The translations under genes were made by a program, and so were the position numbers. A DNA stretch of 58,574 bases, counting the filler, from Sphacelaria rigidula (taxonomy: Eukaryota), in assembly GCA_964200075.2 (NCBI GenBank). It is 10 parts of 10 records of this genome, joined end to end, with 100 filler letters (N's around TTAATTAATTAA, not from the genome) between each part and the next. Parts side by side here need not be neighbours in the genome. Positions count along the whole stretch, not along the records: positions 35,208 to 40,974 come from CAXNAA020024614.1; positions 41,075 to 46,841 come from CAXNAA020024615.1; positions 46,942 to 52,708 come from CAXNAA020024616.1; 7 more parts are not named here. One strand, 5' to 3'. A model generated the notes under the pieces. That model did not search any database and was not told where the DNA came from. It worked only from the letters and a program-made list of their open reading frames with translations. Shown piece by piece: positions 38,501 through 48,719 of the stretch. How positions within the stretch are numbered: the first letter of the stretch is position 1; every line of letters begins with the position of its first letter.

Positions 38501-39559
38501 GCTTCGGCTAGGGTATGCCTACACAGTGCTTAAAGCTGCAGACGTCGGGGGGAGAAATAGGCTGCTGTGTCTTCGCGGGCCCTTGTCTGCAAAGGACGGG
38601 TGGACAGGGTTGTGGGCAGAGGATAGCGCGATGTGGACACCCGAGGCTGTGTCACGGTTGTCGTTTGCGGTGGGACGGCGAGCAGGAGGAGCGGAAAACA
38701 GGCGAGGGATTTGTACCGCTTGCCGTGTGTACTTGATCTACCGTCTATTGAGGCGCAGACGGTTGTGACCGCCGTGAAGTGTTGTTGCCGAGTGCTCGCT
38801 CTCTTCCTTTCCTATTTCGAGGTCTTTTGATTCATCTTTTTGCGCTGTTGCGTAGAATCCCGAGGCTGCGCGCGTGAGTTGCTCCTTACGTGCACGCTTG
38901 TTGTACGAAATGACACATCATCACGCAAAGGCGATAGCTGGGGCTGCTTACCTTTAATATCGTAGTTGTTCACGTGGAAGAATAGTACGGACGACACGGC
39001 ATTCGTTCTACCGTAGCAGAAAACTTCAATCTCGACAGTTACTGCCATCCGTCACCTGTCTCTGACTTTCTACTCCACCTATGCAGCACTGGGATAACGT
39101 TCAGGCCCATCTTTCAAGAGTTCCTATTCTGTGATCTATCTACTGAATTTGGTAGCGATTCGGGGGATGGTCCCTGTGAAAAAATCATGCGCCGTCTAGA
39201 TAGTTCCACGTACGTCAGATTTCAATTCCTGAACTACCCTCCCCCTCCCCACCCGGCAAATCCATGTGAAATCTCAACCATCTGACAGCACACCAAAAGG
39301 TGCATTTTGGGTTGCCATGGCCGAGGTGATGGCGCTCTTCGTGGAAGTAGGAGTCTGTATGCTTGGTTCCACGTCGGGGAAGATCCGGCGACGTATTGGA
39401 GGGTGGGCTCAAGAAGAAAGAAGGCGTTTCGCTTTCAGAGGGAGAGGGAACGGTGTCGAGCAGGGGGTGTTAGGAGCGCGGGAAATGGGTTGGCAGGCTT
39501 CGTGGATGTACGTCTTGTCCGTTCACGAGACTTCCCGCATGTTCTTCTCTCTGCACCAG
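35573..39559 (+). CDS. Calpain-like (CysPc-domain) protein, partial gene, predicted catalytically inactive. Exons 35573-35680, 36099-36299, 36619-37737, 38122-38235, 38496-38701, 39289-39559
   Basis: Calpain motifs appear in order across phase-compatible exons: YVDEDFPP, WRRP, DGVWVEYVMDDFFPC, LWVSMLEKAYA..KGSYSAL.GG, FTGTP, GWLVCLST, GLRLGYAYTVL, RLLCLRGP...WTGLW..DS..W, GAFWV, MFFSLHQ. The boundaries at 37737 and 38701 rely on GC donors. Confidence 0.85.
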
Positions 39560-40261
39560 GTCCGTATCCTGTCTGTTGTTAATCGTTTCCCCATGTGTTC
39601 GCTACGTTGGTCGAAGGCATGATTTCGGAAGGAGTCGCAATTTTCAATGTAATGTGCCAAGACTCATGTACGATTAGTACGTTGCGACAATGCATCATTC
39701 TATGCGTGAGTTCATGTGAATCGCATGACCTCCTTTTGCTAAGTGGCCGTTATGTTCCGAGCAATCAGTACTGGACTAAGCTCCGGGTTTCTTCCCTGCT
39801 GCAGTGGCGGCATGATACACAGATAACGCGACAATTCCACTTTGGGAGCAATGGGAAACTTTGCACCTTTGTACGTGCGCCGAGCATAAAGTCATGGCGT
39901 AGTCCGGTCACTAGATACGATATTTCGTAGTGATCTATGTTGTTGTGGTAGTGCGGAGCAAGTGTGGAGCAGGTGCGGAACAAGGCGACTATTGTCGCCA
40001 CAAATTTGGCGTTGTGATGGCGTCATATATTCTGAATTTCCGCCGTCTTTTTCTGTTTTGTCCTTTGTTATCTTCTCTCTTCCCTTTTTTCGGTGTACAT
40101 TTTTGACAGATATGGCGTTTGTTGTTTGTGTGTTTGTTTGCTTTTCTTTCTTTCTTTTCTCTCCCCGTTGAACTCGGGAGAGCTTCTTCTCACCCGTTTT
40201 CGTGGCGTCTCTCTTCTCATTTTCATTTTTGGTAATGTGTCTTGCAAGGAATAGCAGGAAA

Positions 40262-40355
40262 CGGTATTGGAAAGGCAAGCCTACGTCTGTGACCACGGGT
40301 TCGCGAGATCGGACTAATGTGCGGAAATAATAATAATAATAAATATATAAATAAT
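40262..40355 (+). mobile_element. LINE-like 3' end, family Y
   Basis: GTATTGGAAAGGC.AGC.TACGTCTGTGACCACGGGTTCGCGA.ATCGGACT.ATGTGCGGAAATAATAAT matches the reverse complement of 5341-5460. It is preceded by a T-rich tract. Confidence 0.7.
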
Positions 40356-42763
40356 AAGAACGTGCGTTGCAGGCGATGACACGTCAAACAGAAAAATGTA
40401 CGTGTTTTGTCTCATGGTCTTATTGCGCAACCGTTGGAAGCGTGTGCTCAACGGGTCAAGCCATACCCAACTTTCTACACTCACGCTAGACGCCTGACAC
40501 CGTCAGAGGCACTAGTACCCACAATACAGTCCACGCCGTAGTATGAGGCTAAGCATTTCAGTGGCATTGGTGCAATATTCGGCGAGCAACGGTACTATGA
40601 GCACACCGTGGATAATGACTAGATACATGGTCAAAAAGCGTATTGCGCACAGTATCGACCACTGCGTCTAGTGCGGTAGACTATGGATTCGATACTATGA
40701 GCACATTTTTTTACAATGTAATCTATTGTCATTATCCAGTGTGTGAACATGAGCAAAAGTTTGTTGGTTCGTTTTTCACCAAACCGTGAGTTACCGACGC
40801 TGTGTCCGAAATGAGACAGCCCTGCTTCAGGTTGCGGCCGATTGAACAAAAAACCGAGCACACAATCAAACTACTGACTATGAGCTACGCCCCGAGGTAT
40901 CTACTGTAGTCAGCGTCAGAAGTATGCAGGGTCCGTAATTTATTAGTTTCTCAAAGATTGTCCAAATTTGTTTTNNNNNNNNNNNNNNNNNNNNNNNNNN
41001 NNNNNNNNNNNNNNNNNNTTAATTAATTAANNNNNNNNNNNNNNNNNNNNNNNNNNNNNNNNNNNNNNNNNNNNGTGGGGAAAGCACTGTTTTAGGCTTG
41101 AGCCTCATCTCAAAGTTAAACCTCAATTCGCACAATTTGTTGTTAAATGGGATCATTTACCCATGTTCACCCTGGCTGGGGTGTTCAATTCAACGCTGCC
41201 ACGATTGGGCAGCTACGGAGAGTGCTGCGAGACAAGATACCTGCACGAGGCCACCAGACGGACACTACACCATCTCCCGTTGTTTGTCCACTCTGCACCT
41301 ATCGACAATCAAATTTCGACGCGGTTTGTCTGTCCGTGCATGCTATGACTACCATCAGACAAGGCTGCGTTTGTCTGGGCAGGGCTTCTGGTCCTGAGCG
41401 CCTACGGGTTCCACACATTCCTTTTGCCGATATATACCGAGAAGAAACCGACCAGGCGGTTGGCTGGTACTGAACAACGAAAGTAATGATTGTAGACACT
41501 ATGCACTATGATAGCATGGAAGCCAGACAACGTGTGAATGGATTGGGGAATGCGCGTGAGTCCGGAGTATGCGTGCGTTACACAATAGACTCACCTACAA
41601 GCAGGCAGGAAATCACTACATACAGGGAAACATGATGTTGCATGAAGCTAGGGGGGCTATCACCTGCGACCATGTAAAAGACCATGTTATGCTATGCTTG
41701 CTTACACGCGGTGGCAGGTCAAATATTTCGCAAACAGCAATGAAATCGTCGAAGCGGTGTGATCTCCCTTACGCCTTGAAATAAAAACTTGCCCTCACGG
41801 GTGAGTGCACAGGATCGAAAGGTGAAAGCCGATCGTGCAAGGAGCTGTGAGATGAGACAGCTTCATGCTTGCTATATAGCCGTGATGGGTCAAATCTTGT
41901 CGTGTAGACCTGAATGAGTAGAGTCACGGGGGATGCTAGGACTGCATGACTCTCTAGACTGCTTTACTAAATATTTCCATGCAACAGCTGCTGTGTGCTT
42001 CCTGCTATGTGGTGTAGCTGAAAAGAGCAACACAACACTATGGCGTCATCACCCATCAAGCTTGTGCTTACTGTATTTACCACACGGGAGTTTTCATCAC
42101 GTTTGCACACCAGAAACGGGATGGTGTATACAGACGAGTTTGACAGTAAATATCAGTTGAACTCTTACTAATTCGAGTATAATCTATCTTCGTGCGCCGC
42201 TGGACGGACTAACTTTAGACTTGTTCACAACTGACGCTGCTGTTGCTGTATGCTATGGTTTTTGGAGTTTCATGCAGCTGACTGAAATGGAACCACGGTA
42301 CAATAATATATATGCTGCTCCACACATACTCAAACTCGACAAGACCCGCTGAATTAAAAATCGCTTGTGTCTCCGCACATTGAGTTGAGATAACACCCTT
42401 GGGTTTTACGACATGCTACCCTTTTATTTATTGTGATGCTGTTACAGTATGACTGTACGAGATGACGGTACTGACTGATTACGGCCTGCACCACCTCCTC
42501 GATGAAATCGTTCACTTTGTACTCAGTCCAACAGTGCATGAGTAATGTGCTTTCATTGTGGGAACAAAACTGTCCCGAATCACCATCGAATATCAAATGT
42601 CGGACTGTGCATACGTAAGAACTTCTACGGTGTACTGTCTATTCCAAACTATACACTGTGGGGACACATGAGGTAGTAATGGCCGTGTTGCCTGAGTGAA
42701 ACAACTCAACGCGATATCAACCAGCAGATGGGAGTTAACGAACTGCCTGCGGAAAAGATAAAC

Positions 42764-43359
42764 AGGAGTTTCCCATGTGTTTTCGAACAGGTTGACAGGG
42801 AGCCAGGAGTTTCCCATGTGTTTTCGAGCAGGTTGACAGGGAGCCAGGATTTCCCATACGTGCACGAGCAGGTTGACAAGGAGCCAAGATTTCCCAGCGT
42901 TTTCGAACAGGTTGACAGGGAGCTAGGAGTTTCCCATGTGTTTTCGAGCAGGTTGACAGGGATCCAGGATTTCCCATGTGTTTTCGAGCAGGTTGACAGA
43001 GATCCAGGAGTTTCCCATACGTTTTCGAACAGGTTGACAGGGGAGCCAGGAGTTTCCCATGCGTGTTCGAACAGGTTGACAGGGGGCCAGGAGTTTCCCT
43101 TGTGCGTGCGAACAGGTTGACAGAGATCCAGGAGTTTCTCATGCGTTTTCGAACAGGTTGACAGGGAGCCAGAAGTTTCCCATGTGTTTTCGAACAGGTT
43201 GACAGGGAGCCAGAAGTTTCCCATGTGTGTTCGAGCAGGTTGACAGAGATCCATGATTTCCCATGTGTTTTCGAGCTGGTTGACAGGGAGCCAGGATTTC
43301 CCATACGTTTTCGAACAGGTTGACAGGGGGCCAGGAGTTTCCCATGCGTCTTAGAACAG
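42764..43359. repeat. Minisatellite, 40-42-bp unit, about 14.6 copies
   Basis: Head-to-tail AGGAGTTTCCCATGTGTTTTCGAACAGGTTGACAGGGAGCC with point variants and no unique spacers. Confidence 0.95.
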
Positions 43360-43527
43360 CGAGAACGCCATTTTTGCCAAAGCGAGTAGGAACGATGTAC
43401 AACAGCTGTGGGTACAAGCTGAAGTTCGGCACCACAGCAAGAGTAGCCACCGCTCACCAGTAACGGTGCTACTGGGCACCGGGGCTGGGGGGGGAGCTAT
43501 GCATCAAAGCAGTGGTGGAAGTCTTCG

Positions 43528-44124
43528 GTGATTTGGGGGAACATATCGGGCAAAATACAGCGGCAAGGAGCAGGATTCCTGAGGGCAGCAAACCCTAGTG
43601 ACAGCAGGACGCCGCCGATGAAGATTTTGGGGTTAGTTGAGGAGTTCACGACCGTTCCGCAACTGTACACATTGACAGATAGGAAAGTGGTGTTAGGATC
43701 AGGATCGTCCTCGGAGTGGGCCTATCGGGGGTTGTTTCATGACGGAGCCGAATCTCACTGGCTTTTAGAGGAGGAAGTTTTGGACAATTTCACTGGGCTA
43801 CAGTTGGACGTGTGTCATGCATTGTGGGAACTATATAACCCGCAAACCAAACCACGCCCATCCGTTAACCCAGCTCGAGCGGAAAGAGACTCTTTTGCTC
43901 GGGATAAAGCTTTACGACTCATTCCTCGAGGGACCAGAATACGTAAACAGTTTGTGGACAACCAAGGTGAGCGGCAGGAGTTCGACGGGGAAGTGTTCGA
44001 CTTCCGTCAGCCGTATTACCGTATCAAGTATGAGGATGGGGGTTGTGAAGAGATGACGCCGTCGGATGTGCGGAAATATGCGGTGAAGGAACAGGGTACC
44101 GGAACCGTTTCAGGGTCTAATTAA
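43528..44124 (+). mobile_element. C-terminal end of an LTR-retrotransposon (probably Ty3/gypsy) ORF with chromo-like and Tudor-like domains
   Basis: LTDRKVV...EWAYRGLFHDGAESHWLLEEEV is chromo-like. GTRIRKQF...FDGEVFDFRQPYYRIKYEDGGCEEMT resembles the PTM/DIR17-type Tudor domain. A PPT and a TG...CA LTR follow within 275 bp. Confidence 0.6.
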
Positions 44125-44132
44125 TGGAGAAA

Positions 44133-44292
44133 AAGGGATCGTTCTGCACGAGGTTCGAATTCCCTACGTGGTCTAACCCGGCAGAGCGGTCAACAAGATC
44201 AAGGACGCCTGCGGACTGGAAGGGATCGTCCTGCACGGTGTTTAATTCCCCTACGTGGTCTAACCCGGCAGAACGGTTATCAAGATCGAAGG
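44133..44292 (+). repeat. Two-copy tandem repeat (87-bp period) in the retroelement 3' UTR
   Basis: AAGGGATCGT(T/C)CTGCACG...CCCTACGTGGTCTAACCCGGCAGA.CGGT.A.CAAGATC at 44133 and 44220. Confidence 0.88.
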
Positions 44293-44388
44293 CTACACCC
44301 CGCCGCTGAGCACTCGGAAGAAGGACATGGTAGCGCGGCGATCCATCCTGTGAACAACGTCAGTCCCAGAGTTTTCAATCCTAGGACT

Positions 44389-44943
44389 GAGGGGGGGTGT
44401 TACGGATCGCGGCGTGATGCGGTGGGGAAAAGGGGGGACACTACTATGATGGGCCTTTGATTCGGAACGAAGATACGCGCCCGGAGCGCTGATTGCGGAA
44501 ACTGGCTAGTAACCGCGGTCAGGGGTGAGGATGTTAGGTAACCCGTCGAGATACGAAGTACATAAACATGCCTCTTACATCTGGTTGAATCCGATTATTT
44601 CTAAGAATCGGTGCAATGCTATGATGCCCTGTTGTTTTCAGAACTTCTCGAGGAGGCTCTGGCTATCAACACCACCAAGGAACGAAATAAAATCGAATCA
44701 CCTGAAGCTGTGAACAAGGATATCCTGATGATCGACGTGTACTGTACTGCGTTGGACTGTCTCCCACGTGCTGTGAGCTTACGATTGTTTAAAGAGTAAC
44801 GGTGAGACGGTTTGGAGCTTGAGTACTTTATGAACAGATGTGAAAGGATCGACCCGTAGTAAATAAATATGAACGAACTCGTGCACAAGTGGATGGCAGT
44901 CAAATAATAAGTGAAATGAAAGAACCCACCCGAAATAGTAACA
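44389..44943 (+). mobile_element. Polypurine tract (44389-44397) and putative 3' LTR (44398-44943)
   Basis: GAGGGGGGG is immediately followed by TGTTAC. The matching inverted end GTAACA is at 44938-44943, with AATAAA inside. Confidence 0.65.
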
Positions 44944-45704
44944 TTTCGTACTCGTTGACCGAAGTTTTGTTGTTTGCCCAGTTTCGGTGATCGACCTGCA
45001 CTGTAGAGTTAAGCAATTGTCGACGACAACTGGAGACTACCATTTGTTTGTATCAGTAGAAGTGAGATGCGCCAGTGCTTTTTCAATTTTTCCAAACAAT
45101 TTTATTTCAAAACAAACCGTGTGTCCTACACAGATGATTTCGTTCCGCATGAAAGTTCAGTTTTGGATCTTCCGTCGGCCGTGTATCAACCAACTGTATA
45201 TATATGTATATGTCTCAGGCAGTAAACGCTAGCTGCGCCCTGGGGCTACAGCGCTTGTCGGCGCTTTCTCGTTTAAGCAATAGAAAGAATAAAGACAGTA
45301 CCTGTGGGTGTGATGTTTGGCCAACAGTATACAACATGATGAATTCATACACACATACACAAAAGTGAATCCGAGTCAGACCTCGTGATACCCCAAGGGG
45401 TCTTGGAACCTCGCAGCGAACAGCAGAAGCAGCAACAAACAAAAGCACTGTGAGTTGGATCACACTTTCAATCGGAGCCAGCACAATCAACGCAGAATAC
45501 AGTCCGTAGTACAACAGTTACATGATGTCGCTCTTTCTTTCATCTCTCACTATCCATCGCGTGGTCGAGTCTGCATGGCTTCCCACTGCCAGCTCGAACG
45601 TGGAAAGATGCCCTGTGTTGATAATTTCAAAGCTCAGACTTCCATGCTCGCTTTACTTCCCATCCATGTATGTTTGATGCACACCGACGAAGTATAAAGG
45701 GGAG

Positions 45705-46387
45705 AGAGCTGCCGCTCCGTGTACCCAGAAAGGCACAGAAAACACAAAGTAGAGAGAGTGGCGTGTACCGGAACAGACAACATCATGGCGACTATATCGT
45801 GTGCGTATGTTTGTTAGTGGAGTTGAGTCTATCGGTACCGCCATCTATGTGCACCGTACCGTCTTCACAGCATCCGCCTGCTGTTTGAAAAAACATACAT
45901 GCGGAATGTATCACTTCAACGGTGGGCCCTCTCTTTCGTCGGCATTATTCTCGCTTCAAAAATGCCTACTCTGGCGGTCGAGGGGTTGAACTTCAAAGCT
46001 GACCGCAGAAAGGGGTCACGCTACCCGGGGGGTTGGTGGAATGTGATCCTTGACTGATTCTCATGGACGAAGGGGGGGACGCAGCGGGAGAAGGGAGGAG
46101 AATAGGAAGACGCTGCACTGTGCTCTCTGTACAGCATTGTACAATTCTCTGTGTCTTAGTTCGGCTTCCATGTACCTACATTGACAGTATACCCTCCTGT
46201 CTGTAAGTCATAACTCATCTTGCTGGAGAGACAGTGGTGCGGTGCACATAGATAGCGGTACCGATAGACTCAACTCAACTAACAAACAGAAGCACATAGT
46301 ATAATCGTCATGATGCTGTCTGTTCCGGTATACGCCACCCCCCCTACTTTGAGTTTTCTGTGTCTGGGTACACGGAGCAGCAGCTCT
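45705..46387. mobile_element. Foldback / long-TIR element (about 170-bp inverted arms around a core of about 350 bp)
   Basis: 45705-45872 (AGAGCTGCCGCTCCGTGTACCCAGA...GAGTTGAGTCTATCGGTACCGCCATCTATGTGCACCG) is the reverse complement of about 46220-46387, with scattered substitutions. No TSD seen. Confidence 0.8.
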
Positions 46388-46941
46388 TTTGTTTGTCATA
46401 CAGATACTGTAGTAGAGATACTGTACACGATCTCGTCCTTCAGTGCTCTCGCCATACCACTGATCATCCGATCCTGCAAGGGAGCTACCGTACCCTGATC
46501 ATCCGATCCCGTGGAAGGAGCTAATACACCGTACATACTGTACTCTATAGTATAGTGCTACTCTTGTACAGTACATTTGATGAAAAAAACCTCTGCCCTT
46601 CACATGGGGCAATCCTTCCTCTCTCAGTAAACACTCGATTGCTGTGCACGGGTGCAGTACGTCGTTTCGGTGCTGTGCAAACAACGTGGTTTTCAAATTC
46701 CATGGGGATCCATAAAACTTGACCGTTCACCGGGGATTATCTTTCGGCCTGGTTCTGCGGGACGATAGAGAAGAGTGACTGTTTTCCACACCCTGGACAA
46801 TAGAAGGCATCTATTGATGTAGCAATAGAATTCACCGTAATNNNNNNNNNNNNNNNNNNNNNNNNNNNNNNNNNNNNNNNNNNNNTTAATTAATTAANNN
46901 NNNNNNNNNNNNNNNNNNNNNNNNNNNNNNNNNNNNNNNNN

Positions 46942-47367
46942 CTAATTTGCGACCAGAGTAAAAACTCACACAATGCAAGCAGCCAGGCTGTGCATCTTTT
47001 CAACACACGACTCGTCTTGTTCCTTGTTTTCTGGATGGTGCCGCCTGTACTGATGCTGTTATCGGCACTGTTATATCGATAGGCGGTCGTCCCGGTGGCC
47101 CAACAAGATATCTAACTCAAGGATCCATATAAAAGAGGTACTTGTACCCGGAATCTCGGGTTAGATTGGTGCTATTATCCGACTACCCGAACCGTAAGTA
47201 GTTGTCCCGCTAATTTGCAACCAGAGTAAAAACTCACACAAGGCAAGCAGCCAGGCTGTGCATCTTTTCAACACACGACTCGTCTTGTTCCTTGTTTTCT
47301 GGATGGTGCCGCCTGTACTGATGCTGTTATCGGCACTGTTATATCGAAAGGCGGTCGTCCCGGTGGC
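46942..47367. repeat. Tandem duplication (268-bp period) containing a copia LTR terminus and the first bases of a SINE
   Basis: 46942-47099 is nearly identical to 47210-47367. The segment 47101-47272 resembles the LTR at 58300-58439 (AGTTGTCCCGCTAA.TTGC.AC.AGAGTAAAAACTCACACAA...CAACA). Confidence 0.85.
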
Positions 47368-47699
47368 TCGGCCGGTAACCTCGTAGCCTTCTGGCGGTTG
47401 GGTCGTGTGTTCAAATGTTGGAGTGTTCAGGGACTTTTTTCTCACACAACATCCAACAGTAGGGAGCGACTTTGTCGTGGGTACACATCATTCGATTTGA
47501 CGATCGACGAAGGAAAGGGACTGCTGAACCCTTCTCGCGATAAAGAAGAAAGGCAAGCACCGCAGAAGGAAGGTAGAGAACTAATACAAACAAAAAATAA
47601 AAATCTCCTGTGTGTTGGCCATCCTCCTGTGTGACCCCGGCTGGTGGGCCGACATATACCGAAAGGTGTAGACTGACGTCCAGAATAGACGGGATGATG

Positions 47700-47730
<31 letters not shown>
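47351..47730 (+). mobile_element. Full-length tRNA-derived SINE with (CA)n tail
   Basis: Head GTCCCGGTGGCTCGGCCGGT...GTGTTCAAAT has A and B boxes. The body aligns with the minus-strand copy at 53035-53390 and ends in (CA)n. Confidence 0.85.
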
Positions 47731-47731
<1 letters not shown>

Positions 47732-48719
47732 GTTCAGCACTACTGGTTGTACGGTTATACAATCGCTCGCACTGTATGCACTACTTTTTCATTGCATAGG
47801 GCCTGGAAAACAAAGTTTATTTCGAAACAAAAATTGAGAAGAGCACCGCAGATGGCCACAGCACACGGTCAAAGTGCAAGATCACCGGAACTACACTGTG
47901 TGCTGCGCTGGGCATGTGAGAGGCAACTGCTACTGCGAAGCTTCCTACTCTACCTGTTGTTTCTGCGGGGTACCTTTTGGTCCTCCGTTTTCAACGGTGA
48001 TACCGCAGGCTGCGGACTGCAGTCACACAAAAGCCTAGAGTATTATTCGCAGCAGTTGGTACAAGAGTACCGCACCTTGGTGCAGTATGGTACGAGATGG
48101 TTTCGTGGTCTTGCCCTATGTGGTGGAACCCTGATGTGCGTGCGCGTGTGTGTGTGGGGGGGGGGGAGGTGCCTGGATCAAACGGAAACCAGGTTTGGAG
48201 GTTGCCTCTTGTACATGTGCAGATACAAACGTCAAGTTGAAGATTTTACGTTCAATATCGAGGACGAGGTCATTATAACTATTTGGTCGTCGGATTGCTG
48301 ACTCCACTCGGGACAATCACCTGGAGCAATTTTCTCGAGTCATTCGTTTTCTACCACGAATAATGACTTGCGTACTCGCCCTGTTGAAATTCAGAGTGAG
48401 TAATGACTTCGGTACTCGCCCTCATATTTTTTCCGGAACGAGTAAGGACTCGAGTACTCGCACCACTGCTTTTTCTACAAGGAGCAATGACTTGAGCTGT
48501 CGCTCTAGTGAGTTTTACGGCCAACGACCGCCCCAACGAGTGCGAGTGCCGCGAGCCATACTCGTGGTCGTCCGTTGTATGAAAAAACAACAGGTGTTAC
48601 AGGCTACCTCACACAGTCGCTAGGCGCTTCGTTTCAGGTGAAATGGCTCAGAGCAATAATACTGAACAATGTTTTTGTGGTGACACGCGCGTTTTGACAA
48701 TCCGCGCTGCTCACAAACA

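Noticed and set aside
31567..39559. Divergent ATPase-calpain gene pair or cluster
   Set aside because: The genes are on different contigs separated by a spacer at 35108-35207.
42764..43359. CRISPR array (GTTTCCC...-like repeats)
   Set aside because: Units are head-to-tail with no unique spacers, there are no cas genes, and the context is eukaryotic.
42593..43457. Overlapping ORFs of 90-240 aa
   Set aside because: These arise from the 41-bp minisatellite. The unit is not a multiple of three and the same peptides rotate through frames.
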